64,000 bases of DNA from Kudoa neothunni. Taxonomy: Eukaryota; Animalia; Cnidaria. Of this stretch, positions 1 to 13,158 are shown in pieces. The stretch's first letter is position 1; every line of letters begins with the position of its first letter. Under the pieces are notes generated by a model. It ran no database searches and was not told the origin of the DNA. It saw only the letters and a program-made list of their open reading frames with translations. The DNA lies in NCBI GenBank assembly GCA_964304625.1, contig OZ199839.1, positions 4,854,837 through 4,918,836 on the forward strand, read 5' to 3'. The position numbers and the translations under genes were made by a program.

Positions 1-99
1 TCTCTATGAACGCTGTTACTAAATTTTCAGCTGGGTCCCATTTTGTACAATCTGTATTATAAAATAAACTTTTCGAATAAATCAAGCTGTTTGATGTCT

Positions 100-1089
100 C
101 GGTCTTCAATAATGATCTATTTTTCATTTTGATTATGTTCAATTGGGTAAATATTCTTTCGGAACAAGCAGGAGAATGAGGTAATGAGAGCAAGCTTATC
201 ATTAGTTTTGAAATTAATGGATATTTAGGAACATCGCCAATTCTTTTTTCTGATACATCGTACCAAAATTTTTCGCGGTCACTTATCGAAAAGAGATTTG
301 ATTCTTCGAAAGTTAATTGTCTCCATTCAATATCCGCATTGGTATAGTCTTCATCCGATATAATAATGGAGAATATTGCTGCAAGGGATATGATAGACTG
401 AGGCTTACCTTCATTTACGTTACTTGGGTCCTTTGCCTCAAACAATTCAAGTTCTTTAAATAAATTATTATATAGAAATCGATCAATTATTTCATTTGCT
501 AAGGAAATATTTAAATTAAATGTATTTATTTTATATTGGAGATATTCTTGTGAATTTATTATGGAAGAATTCATTGTATATATGCAAGTCGCTTTGGATC
601 CGCGACAAACACTATCTAATGGAAGATAATTTGAGGGACTATTAATATTAATATTCCAAATATCCACATTTTTAATGATTTCTCTTTTCATAAATAAGCT
701 GAGAATGACTTTTACTGTAGAACTGATTGAATTTTTTAGCTTGTGTATTCGAAAAGTTTCTGATTGGAATTCAAGATTAAGTTTGTTCACTACTGGGAGT
801 ATAAAGTTTAAGGATTCAATATACATATGATTGGTTTATTGAGTTTAGGATTTATTAATTTTGCTGATTCAAAACCATTTTCTGATACTGCAGCAGTGTA
901 AAACATTTTGAGTGCATTCCATTGATCGAGTATTCTAGCGACGACTTGTTCAAGTGACAACCATCTTGTGCTACAAGGGCGTAATATCTTTCTAGGACAA
1001 ATGTCCATTATCTTTTGAAATTCTTTGTATTCATTCAAATGTTTTAACCGGTCCCTATTAAAAATTTGTGTATAATTATTCCTCGTCAA
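100..1089 (-). pseudogene. hAT-superfamily transposase remnant (C-terminal half, frameshifted)
   Basis: ORF 808-1089 has KILRPCSTRWLSLEQVV (hAT TRW motif). Minus strand near 140-200 reads SLLSLPHSPACSERIFTQLN, the hAT C-terminal dimerisation motif. Confidence 0.8.
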
Positions 1090-1670
1090 CTTTTTAATTC
1101 AATTACTTAAATTTGTACGTGACATGTAAAACTACAATCTAGTATTAATTTTCTCCCCACACAAGAATGATTATTTTATTACATTATTACTTTATATTTT
1201 TCATTAAAATTCTCGATTTCGATTAAATTTAGTCAAATATCGAGGCTCAAAGACACCAGTAAATAATAAACAACGTTCACCTATAAAACTGCATACATTA
1301 TTTGATAGCGTGATTTTTAATCGAACAATTTTCTATCTTATTTTAATTCTGATCGAGTCAAAAGTCATATATTCTATAAATAAAATAAAGCTACTACTCA
1401 TTTAATATTCATAATGCATGTAAAGTTTGTAGAAGATTGCTTAAAGGGGTTGTGCGTAAAATAAATCACGCATTGTACAATTTTTGGGCCTCGAATAATC
1501 AAGATTTATAAACTTAGTTTTGTCAAAGAATTTCAAAAACAAACGAATCTTTGTTTAAAATAATAATAAAAAAACCAAAATTTAGATAATGAACAACAAA
1601 AGATAAAAAAATAAGACATTGAACAGATTATTTAGCTTGAACTATATTTTATAGAGTCGGTTTAATTTTA

Positions 1671-4416
1671 TCATTCCTGGGAGTCTTTATAATTCACAGA
1701 AAATCCATAAATTTTTGATGCATTAGTACTGGAAGCGGCTTCATTGAACTCCACATCATCCTCATCAAGATCTTCATTTAAGGTGACAGCCATTTCGTTG
1801 TAGCCTGTCCTAATGACATCATTTGCGCTCATATTTAATACCGGCTACAAATGTACATATAGAAAAACAAGACAGGCGGTGATTTTGAGGACTTACATAT
1901 TTTAAAGTAGAATAATATGAACTTTTACGAGTGCAGCAACAAAAATGTTTTATAGCAGATCCCATATTTTTCAAAAGAACAAAAAGAGGTGGACCATTTT
2001 TGGTGAAAAAAGGGATGAATATTTTCATATCGTAATCATGCCATTTCCTCATAAACTCGCTACGATGAGTGTTTCCAGCATCCGTAGCATTATTGTCACG
2101 TATTTCAATCTTCAGTAAGAATTAAAAAATGTCAACGCAAAACAACGTAATTTATACCGGAGGACTATCAGAGGTCAAATCCTCTGGAACATTAACACTA
2201 AACGTTTAAACGTAAAAAAATACAGTTTTACAGTATGAACCAAAATTATTAAAAATATACGGGACATTTAATATTTTAATAATTTTGGAAATGAGACTGC
2301 CGAATATCAAAACGGTAACGAGCACCAAAGTCATTGTAGTTGACAGCATTATTTGACGACTCTGTGTGATTGTATTTCTGATGGCAAGTGCAAAAGAAAC
2401 GGCACCTTTCAAACCTGTTTATGAAAGTTCACTAGAAACCGAATTTTATGCAATAAAATGAATATACCAGCAAAAAACAAAACGTGCTGCGAATTCATGG
2501 GTAGGACGTTCTCTTCTGCGTAAATTCAACAAATAACAAAACCCATACACAACCATAGCTCTGGCTGCCATTAAACAGACCTAAGATAACAATTAATTAT
2601 TAATTCAACTGATTGTGTGAGCTATTTAACATACCAACGACCAGACAATGAAACCGCCATCCCATTCGTGCTTTGGAAAAGCAAATAATGATATGCCAAT
2701 ATAAGAGAAGACAAAATTGGTGGCAATGAACTCAATCAAATCGAAGAACTATGTCAAATAAATTCTAGGAAGATTGAAAACTTTAAATTTACCTGTTCTA
2801 TGACTTTACGAGAATCGTAGGAAAGATGCGATTAGTGTAATGCGAATTGAACATTCCACAAAACAAAATCGAAACCACCCCTAATAAAAATTTCTAATCA
2901 AAAAACGAATCAAAATTTACCTGTGCAATGTAGCATCTCTCCCAACAAATACGATGAATATGAAATAATGATATAGAATGCCGTTTCCAGCACCGAATAT
3001 TCGTTGATGGTTGACGTTTTAGTGATCTTTTCGAATCAACTTAGCAAATACAGCATCATCCACACAAATAAACATACAATTGCTCCAATTGCTCCAACCA
3101 CTATACCAATAGTGATGGAGCCAATTAAAACTCCAACGAAACGACCTATTGACTTGAAAATTTGAGCGTATTTATCTTTGTCGCTGGATTTTTGGGACAT
3201 TATTGCATAATCTTCCACCGCACTGGATTACAACAAATTCATGCTCACACAGATGAACAAATGTTTAAGAAGAAAAAAAAATTAATTACTCGTACAAAAC
3301 CAAAGATACAACGTCATTTAGAGCACTTTCTCCAAATACAATAGAATTCAAAGTTGGTTCAATCTTTAACTCGTTGAATACATTTAATATACTTACTATA
3401 TTTTTGTGAAATATTAAAAATTAATTTAGAAATAAATCGAACTATACAGGATCTGTAGGAGCTACAATTGCTCCAAATAGCATGCATTCTGACCCGCTCA
3501 AAAAGGTTTTATTCGTGTGGTGTTTTGAAATAGATGCATACAAATAAGTTGTTCCACTGTCAGTTTATAGGGGAAAATATTAGAGTATTTATGAAATAAA
3601 ATCAACCAATTACGAAAATAGCATAGCTGTCACAAACGAACCAACGATAGATATTATCATCACTGTGCTAAAGTTTTTAACAAAGTGTTTCTAAACAGCC
3701 TCAACTGTATTAAAAAATAGGCTATAATTTCGATAACTTTATTCATTCTCAATCCAGCTACAAACATAATCGGAGGAAGAATCAAATAGAAAAATATTTC
3801 AGGATCAAATATTAACTAATAAATAAACCAGTGTGGACGTTAACAATTCTGTTATTACGCTTAAATACCACATTTCTGGCGATGTATGATTCTTTTGGAA
3901 TCTTTTGAGTTGCTCCTTGCAGTTTGTAAATGTAGTTGTGCTTGTGAAAACTATTCAGGAGATACTCGGGAGGTTGATTCACCGAAAGATTGTCCAAATT
4001 GAAGCCGTGCTCCAATTTCACACCATCACTTCGACCGTATCTTATGATAATTCCAATAATTATCCCTATAATTCCAATTGCAAAATAAGAATATTAAATC
4101 AAAGAATAGCTGAAGATCTTATGTATTATTACCATAAATAAGACCACAATGTAGCATCTGGCAGAATACGAATTTTGTATTTTTTTGATATGAACGAGGT
4201 GATTGTTATCACAAACAAAAGACAAATACCCAAACTAATAATGTATCCATTCTCAGAGTGCACAAATCTGGAATCCTCATCCACTTTCACATCCAGACTC
4301 CAATCATTCACATCAATGGTGGTACTCTCTTGGACTTTAGGAGTGGACGTGTCATGGCAAAAAATAACATATAAAAACAGTGCAGCGACAATAAATCTCC
4401 CAGCTAACCCAATCAT
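1671..4416 (-). CDS. Multi-exon Na+/H+ exchanger, intracellular NHE6/7/9-like (SLC9A family)
   Basis: Signal peptide MIGLAGRFIVAALF; exons with DPEIFFYLILPPIMF, FGAIVAPTDPV, KGAVSFALAIR and WHDYDMKIFIPFFTKNGPPL; short GT-AG introns; last exon ends YKDSQE* at 1671. Confidence 0.9.
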
Positions 4417-5040
4417 ACACTCAAAAACTAGGTTTTAGACACGCACAGTTATTCCCAAATAATCCCTATACAAAATAAACTAAATACTATTAATATGCAT
4501 GCGAATGGCGTGCGCATAAATATGTAAGGTTAAAAATTCCGATAATTATATTTTATTTGAAGATAAAAATAAAATTATAACATTGAATATTGACCATAAT
4601 TTAAATTGATTCTATTATTAAAAAATTTTAAATCTATAATTGATATATCCTGTTTTAGTATGGACGTTTATTCGATGTCTACTTAATACTTTATAAGTAT
4701 TCAAATTAGGTGATGTTTTATTAATTTTTTAATTATATTTCGAAATTAATAAAAACAAATCTTTTAAACTCTATTCTGTTGTTTTTTAGAAATCTTTTAA
4801 TTATAAATTCTGAATATATCATTAAAGGTTTATGTTAATGATCAATTAATTATAAAATGTATTTAATCAAATATAATTAAAATATTGATTGTTAATAAAA
4901 AAGTATTAAAATGCGCATAAATGTGATTAATCAGAGTTAAATCGAACAAGATAAATAAATATAAACAGCATGATTTATTATCCGTGTGAATTTATAACTT
5001 CTTAAGGTTTTATGGAATTTACGTCAGTCATGAGAGGATT

Positions 5041-6037
5041 ATGAGCTTATTAACATTGATCCAAGTTGGCCACACAATTAGCGAAGAAACACGACCCAAG
5101 TTTACAAAAATATGTAGAGAATTTTGTAATAACAATAATATCAATATATTTCTGCATCATAGTTCAAAAATTTAAATACAACTTTGAGCTTAGATTCTAC
5201 AGCGGGTACCCGATTGTAGCAGGTTTCGTATCCAACTCCAAACAATGCAAAGATCAAAAATTCACCGTCCACAAACATTACAAGATAGATAATGGCACAT
5301 TAAGTTATTTAGCTAAAAATTAAAAGTTTATAAATTTGACTAATGTCTTCCAATTTTTTCTTAAATGAAGTTACGACTTTGAGGTATTTTTGTTGCAATT
5401 TTAAAAGACTTTAGCTACTTTCAAATAGTTGTAGGACTGACGTCAACATTTAGTTTTGCTATCATTTATTGCTAAATGATGTAGTAGTCATCATGAATCA
5501 GCTGAAGAAGTTGACGTTGGATTTCTTCATTGGTTTGGACCTTTTATGTACCAATTCTTACATTTTTTCGTACTTATTTGTGAGCTTATAACTTTATATT
5601 ATGAGTTATTAATAGATTTAGGTATCTTGAAGTTACAGAAGACTTTTTCTATAAACTTTACCTCAATAATTCCGAAATCAATAACAACTTTTGTTAATAC
5701 ATTTGTAATTTGAAAGACTGGCATATTATTGTTGGCTTATTTATTGAAAATGTTTATTAGCGCTTGAAAATATGCAATTCAATACCAGTCACTGTGTTTA
5801 CCGGGTTATTATCGTCACGCTGGCTGATTTCGGATGTAAAACCCGGTGAGAATTAATGAATGGCATTGACTCAATTTTAAGCGTTTTTCTAAGAAAGCTC
5901 TCAACATGCTTGTGTAATTCAAATATAGCAATTGATTAAGATTGTAATATAATTAAAAAAGAAGAAGTAAGCACTTTAAATTAGAAGAATTTCTTGAGAA
6001 CCTCAATTATATGACCGCGCTTGAGCGTGTGAAGTAG
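5041..6037 (+). CDS. Putative multi-exon gene of unknown function (model unresolved)
   Basis: Alternating coding-like blocks and short AT-rich GT..AG segments. The first two exons join in frame (MSLLTLIQVGHT...REFFQKFKYNFELRFYSGYP...) and a last exon reads HFKLEEFLENLNYMTALERVK*. Middle junctions were not resolved. Confidence 0.4.
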
Positions 6038-6608
6038 TTACAACTTTTTGTGGCCGAGGAAAAGTCACGCAATTTCAGGACCTTAATGTGATTATTTTCG
6101 ATGAAATAACACTTAAAAACATTTTTGTTGTTTTCGTACAAATTTTAATCTAAATGAAATAAGTTTCGAGTTCAACTGAAAAATCCTATATGTTTTAAGG
6201 GATAATAAAACTTTATGGATTTTATTTAGAATAAGGTTTTCGGTTATTTTAAAAATGTTGAAAAAATTTGGTTTGAAGTCACATACACCCAAACATTCAT
6301 ATAACGTTATTTACTATTTTATCCCTACATCACTTGCATGTTCTGGAATGTAATAGATAAATTAATCTTAATCTGAGAAAAAAATTGTAAAGACGTGAAT
6401 TTATACTTATTTTCTTTTACACTAGTATACGAATTCTGTACATAATTGAATTTTGAACTAAACAAAAAATAATGAGTTTACAAATATGGTATCGGTTAGT
6501 CAACAATTTTATGAAATATGTTGTATAAAAATGAAAATTAAATTAATTATATCAAGGAGAAAAATTTTTATGTTATATAACCAAACAATTAGCCCCCCCC
6601 CCCCCCAC

Positions 6609-6727
6609 GCCTGCGATCATACGTAGTTGTCCATACCGGTACCCGTCAGATCACCGAAGTCAAGCAGCTATCGGCTTGGTTAGTACTCGAGTGGTTACCC
6701 TCTAGAAACCCCGAATGTTGCAGGCGC
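6609..6727 (+). rRNA. 5S rRNA: 5S rRNA gene, single divergent copy
   Basis: GCCTGCGATCATAC...GATCACCGAAGTCAAGCAG...TGGTTAGTACT...TGTTGCAGGC. Terminal helix pairs, helix II pairs (TAGTTG/CAGCTA), T-runs follow downstream. Confidence 0.88.
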
Positions 6728-7167
6728 TTAATTTCTATTTTTCGTTTTTAAATGATTACGATTTAGTTTTTGCTATAGTTAATCCTTATATATGAGGGGC
6801 GATAAAAGTTTAGTTCCTCCTACGGCAACAATCATTGGCGCGATATTGGCGACTCTCTTTTTATGATTTCCCAAATCTATATCGTTGGAAATAACGACAA
6901 TTTGAAATAAATAAATAAATAGAGAAACAAATTTATTACTCCATAATAAATATATTACATAGAATTCAATTAAAATTAAATATAATATACACGATTTATT
7001 ATGTATTAATTTATAAAACAATTATCTTCAAAATTTTTTATTTAAAAAAAAATCATGGACAGTTTATGGTCGTATACAATAAATTATCAATATATCCAAA
7101 CTTACAACATATATTTTACCAAAAAATGTATTTATCAAAAATAATTCTTTTATATCAAATATATTAA

Positions 7168-9396
7168 CCCTTAAAGGACAACCCTGGGCTCCACGAGCCC
7201 ATATACACTAACCGGATTAATTATAGTATTAATGTGTTAATTAATGCATTAATTCGTGGTCTCTCTTAAAGCTAGCTGTGTTGTATAATAACGCATTGAT
7301 AAGGAAAACAATAAGAATAAGAATAAATATTCTACTAATTTTTTGAGATACAATTAAAACAAGTAACGTTCCTCGCGGAATGCTCGCTACATACACTTTT
7401 TTTGCAAAGGGAACACACTTGCTTATTCCTACGAATTATGTGGCTTGGACCAAAGTGACATCGCGTTCGTCTGTTATCTTCGCAGAGTTGGATTTGGTTT
7501 GATACATTATTGGAAAATTGATATCCAATAATTTCCATCGAGCGTTTCAAAGAGGGTTGGGTAGAAATTAATGGATTTTTGAATCTTCTTTCTTGTTCAC
7601 CTTTTATTAAACAAATAAGACAAATCCAATAGAAATCTTTGTCTTCTACCAAATTTATCAGTCCTCATGTAGGTAGGATTTCTATTTATGAAAATTACAT
7701 ATGCGTTGAATGCAGCCACATCTAATAATTGGCAAAACACCGCGAATGGCCAACGTCGACATTTTCTCTTGCAAGAATATGTTGAAACACATTGATCTAA
7801 TGTGTCAACGCCGCATTCTTTTTTGTTGTAGTCTAAGATTGCCTGAGGCGTAGCATGGTATTCTTTACTTACATTTTGAGTGTGGTGTTCTGATGAAAGA
7901 ATAACCACTGCCTTATTTTTACGCGGAACATACGAAATAAGGGTGAATACTTTGTAAAAACCAAATAGCGATGAAAACATCTTTCTTAATCTATGCGCCA
8001 AAAATTCTGGGGGTATAAAAGTTCTGCATTTACGCACAGTTACGAGAATTGATGTTTTCCTTTCATACAAATATTCAGCCAGTTTCCACGAAGTAAAATA
8101 ATTGTCGAAGGTGATACTACGACCCGCATCCAAAAGGTGATGTGTTAAATTTACCACAACATTAAAAGGTAGGTTGGATTCACGGTAACTGTCAATTTTA
8201 CCCAAATATGGAATTAAGTTTGAAACATAAAATGTGTCGCTGTCGCAAGCAATCCAGAATTTCAAACCGTATTTCGATGGTTTTTTGGGCATGTACACTA
8301 AAAATGAAACTCGCCCCCGAAAAGGATACAGCTGTTCATCAACAGTTAAATTAGGACCTGGGATATAGCTAGTTCTACAGATGTCAGTAAATTCATCGAA
8401 TATTTTTGTTATCGGTGAAAACTTATCTTGCGAGCTTGGATTGTTGTTTCTGGCCCAGTACTCATCAAAACGCAATACACGTAGGATTTTTTTGAATCTA
8501 TCCCGACTCATCGTTGCGCAAAATAAGGGCCTCCCATGAATTTCATCCCACAAAATTTTCGTACTTTCCAAATTGGATTTGTAGGCACCGGCTAACAACA
8601 ATAATCCTAAAAAACCTTTTAATTCAATCAGATCGAGATGTTCCCATTTATCTCCCATCTCATCGAGGCCTTTTTGATTTGTGTACAACATGATTTCTTC
8701 CATCATTTGTTTAGTTATGAAATGATTGAAGCAATCAAGTGGCGTCATCGAATCGAAAGAATCAATTGGCTTCCTTTGTACAATACTGCGGTCTATTATA
8801 TTATGACAGGAAGTTCGTCCAGGAGTGGGCTGGGAAGTCCAAATAATAGATGTATCTTTAGATAAATAATTATTAAGGGAATCTCGAGTGTTACAGTCAT
8901 GTGAAACAATTTGTGAAGAAGAATCTTGATTGAATACGTTTAGTTGTCCCTTGGATGAATCTATGAATAATGAAATTAAGATTTTATATTTTTTCGATAA
9001 ACCAACCGTCAAAATCATGTAGTAAACTTTCGTTTAATTCGTTATCATCCTCCAAGAAATTTTTTAGCTCGTTTGAAGATATGCTTTCAGCGTCAGATGA
9101 TATGTCAGTAAATAAACGGGAATCTTCCATTATAACTGTTTGGTGTAAATTTGGGATCGAATTTTGTTGTGTACAAACATAACATGGGCTTAATATATAT
9201 CCCGAAAGATGAAAAAAGGTCTTAAAACCATCAAAAAAAAATTTCCCATGAATAACACCAATTGATAGATAATTAATATTTATGAATTTACGTGAAATTT
9301 GAACCGAAAAAAAATTGGTCTAACCTAAGTAATTGACGATGTATCACGTGGTATCACGTGGGTGGGCTCGTGGAGCCCAGGGTTGTCCTTTAAGGG
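7168..9396 (-). mobile_element. piggyBac transposon, near-intact
   Basis: Perfect 34-bp TIRs (CCCTTAAAGGACAACCCTGGGCTCCACGAGCCCA) flanked by TTAA at 7164-7167 and 9397-9400. Confidence 0.97.
7335..9130 (-). CDS. piggyBac transposase with a predicted 46-bp intron and one frameshift near 7615
   Basis: VDEQL, FDNYFTS and GVD catalytic motifs; C-terminal Cys-rich domain in ORF 7335-7652; acidic exon 9130-9007 joins the main ORF through a GT-AG intron at 9006-8961. Confidence 0.88.
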
Positions 9397-10098
9397 TTAA
9401 TACAGTCGAACCTCGATTATCCGGAAGGAATTTTAAATTTTATTAGGATTTTATTGACATTATGTGCCGATAAATGTTCGATTATCCAGAATCTCTGTGA
9501 CCAGAAACCCCAAAAAGTATTTAACCATGTTTCCGGATAAAGGTAGCACCCATCACCTGACGACATACACAATGTAGCATATAACCAGGGGTGGCCAGAC
9601 TTGCCTAGAATGGGAGCCAACTTAAAGGGTGTCCAAATTTTATAGAGCCGCAAGGAGTTAAAAAATTTTTTTATGTATCTCTTCCTTATTTAAAACTTAC
9701 ACTTTTGGAAATTTTTTGCACATCTTAATGTAAAATGTTGTAGAATTATAAATAAAGATTTTTCAATTATTTTTTTATTCAGGTAATCGTTGGAAAATTT
9801 CCATATAATTTTTAAAGGTATAACGTATGATACTTTTTCAAGAAAAGTATATTAGTAATTAATAATCCCATAAATGTGGTCTTTGTGAAAAAGACCCAAA
9901 AAATAATAAAATATTTTTCATATTTAATCATGGATGGTAGTCTAACAAAAAATTAAATAAAATATTTTCGATTAAAGTAATAACACAATAAATCAATGCA
10001 TTCGAATTTTTTTATAAATTATTTATAATGAAACAAGTTTTTGTATGTGTTTCCATATTATCAGTGAGCTGACAGAAATTTGGTTCATTTGCTGTTAA

Positions 10099-13000
10099 CC
10101 CTGCCTGCTCAAAGCGGGGTTACTCAGGGACCCCAAAATAACCATTTTGTTTATAATTTCAAACGTGTTTAATTTTAGATGGTAAAATTTCCTGAATTCC
10201 TCCATAAAGATATAAGGCTTCTATTTAAATATTTTTATATATAATTTTGTTTAATAATAATAATAATAATAAATAGTTTTCGCTTCTAAAATGACGTTTT
10301 ACATATTTTTTAAGAAATAATGCCAATCTCATCTCCTATTTTATTTCATAACTACACTAACTTTTCGTATTAATTGGAAATATCTTTTTGTATCGATATC
10401 ATGGGTTGAAATCAAATTTAAAGTTACATTGTGATATTTTGGGGGGATTATGAAAGTTAATCCGACATCTGTTTACCAATCTCCCTCGTGTTAATTTATT
10501 TCGATCGAGTTTTATTCTAATTCTGATAAGGTAATTGGTTATGTTAAAAATTTTCTTTTTTTATTTAATTTGATAAAGCACTTATTTTGTAATTATGAGC
10601 AACGAAGCTGAGAAATATATTGAGGATTCCTCTTCCACTGATCGTTATGACACTTCATAATATGAAATTTCTGAATCGGATGATACATCCACTGAGGATT
10701 TTCTTGAGGAAATTAATAGCGATGTTGAAGAAGAAAGCTTTTCTGAGGACTTGGACTATTCTTTTACAACAGAAAATCACGATTTTGAGTTAGTTTCTCA
10801 ACCGGGTTTAAACGGAGTGTAGAATCTCGCACAAAAACAAAGGATCGTTACCATAACAAGATTCCTCCTCCATCTTCTGAATTTTTAAGAGAGTCAGGAA
10901 ATTTCAACACCATTTTAGAGACCTTTGAATTATTCATTACGGAGGATATTCTTGAAGAAATCGTCTCATGTACTAATAAATATTGCGAACAATATAAACA
11001 TATACAAAATGATGAAATAACCATTGACGGGTTAAAAGCCTTTATAGATGTTTTAATTGCCTCCGGCCGCTCCAATGGCCAATCTCTTGCTCTTCGAAAT
11101 GTGTGGGATACCAATCCATTATTCAAGCAGTTTTAGTTCGCGGCAGCGATATCCAGGGACCGATTTACCCACACATATCAAGTGTTGAGGTTTGATGATA
11201 AATCTACTAGAAACTACCGTAAAAGAGAATCAAACGACAAATTCGAAGCTTTTCGAAAGATCTTTCAGGCGTTTAATGAAAACTGTTTGAAGAACTTTTG
11301 GCCGGGACCCTATATTACTGTTGACAAGAGGTTGGTGAAATTTCGTGGTAGATGACCTTTTCGAGTTTATATGAAACGTAAACCGGGGCGCTATGGCATC
11401 AAATTATGGGCAGCTGCAGACTCGGAAACTTCATATCTCGTAAACATCCAACCATATATTGGAAAACTTGATGGAATGAGAGAGATAAATCAAGGAGCCC
11501 GAGTGGTGAAAGATCTAATTGCGCCACTTTACGGTACGCGTCGAGGCGTTACAATAAATAATTTTTTTACCACTGTGCCACTTGCCAAGTATCTTCTCTC
11601 AACAAAATTACATTGACTGGAACTATCCGTTCCAACAAACGTGAAATTCCTAAAGAGTTCGCTAAATCCCCCAACCGCGAAGTGTTTTCTTCAATTTTTG
11701 GGTTTAACGGAGACCTTACGCTGATTTCCTATGTTCCAACAAAAAATTACGCGGTAAACCTTTTGTCAACGGAGCATAACGACGTTTCTATTGAAAATGA
11801 AGATAGAAAACGACCAAGTGTGATAATTCACTACAATAAGACGAAAGGAGGTGTCGACATGGCGGATAAAATGACTGTATTATATAGTTGTGCTAGATCT
11901 ACGCGCAGATGGCCCTTGAGGGTGTTTATGGATATTTTGGATATAGCATGTTTAAATTCATACATACCATGGAGTAAAAAATATCCCTATTGGAAAAAGA
12001 ACAGTAGAAGTAAGCGACAATACTTTTTGAGTGAATTTTCCATTAAGTTAGCAAAGAGGAATGTTCTTCAGCACCAGAGTCATTGTAAAAATTTACCACA
12101 TTATATAAAATATGGCTTCGACTTATTTATTGATGAAAAGAACGATTCTTCGCCATCCGAAGTGAATTGTTCGCCACAGCCAAGTAGGAAACGATGTGCT
12201 TTGTGTCCTAGGAATGTAGGCAAAAAAACCAAGACGGTTTGTTTCCATTGTCGAAAGTTTGTGTGTGCACGGCACAAAAATCAAAGAAGTACTACGTTTT
12301 GTTCCAACTGTAATAATTAATTTTATCATCTAATTGTGCATTATTTAAAACTTTGTTTTTATAACTTTTTTGAAGTTTTTAACAACGACTAACAATTTAA
12401 GAACAAAATTAAATATATTACTGCTGCCGATTCAATGCGGGTTAATTTTTCAATGAAATCTATGCAAATTAAGAAGTTGTATTTCTTAGTTTGAATACTT
12501 TTATCCATTAATTAGAAGACTTCACTTGAAACAAAATATTTTTTGTTTTACACCTAAAAATTTCAATAAATAATTTTTGTATTATTAAAAAAGTGTGAAA
12601 TTGTATAAGTACCACGTAAATGAGAAGTAATATAGGATAAGAAATTTGGTATGGTTTAATCTCGATACAAAATATATATTCGATTATATACACCAGATAA
12701 ATTTTAATTAAATGCAGATATTTTGAGCAAATAAGACTCAAATATGTCGCGATGCATACGTCGGATTATGCCGATGATACACGAGAAATACGCGCCAGCG
12801 GGAGATGATTCACTGATAACGTTTACATGGTTAAATTTAATTTTCTCGTGTACTTTCACCTTTTGGTTTGATCAGTTATATATACGACCAACTAATTAAA
12901 ATCCGATCAATTTGAATGGGAAAATACCCCGTTTCTTCTTGTTATGCGTTAGCGTGAAAAAGGCATCATTTTTATGCATCGAGAGAATTGATTTAATTTT

Positions 13001-13154
13001 ATTTTACAGTTTTTTTAGTTTAAAAATCCCTATTGATTTATTAAATTAAGGTTTTTGAAAGTACAAAATTGATATAGACCGATTTTTCCTGGGGTCCCTG
13101 AGTAACCCCACTTCGGACCGCATGTGATTTTTTTTGCACTTCGTGCAGGGAGGG
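10099..13154 (+). mobile_element. piggyBac transposon with decayed transposase (10594-12320)
   Basis: TTAA-CCCTGCCTGC...GGGGTTACTCAGGGACCCCA left end; subterminal inverted copy near 13090 and GCAGGGAGGG-TTAA right end. Coding fragments KPGRYGIK, NNFFT, YNKTKGGVD, RRWP and a Cys-rich tail; several stops and a frameshift. Confidence 0.93.
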
Positions 13155-13158
13155 TTAA

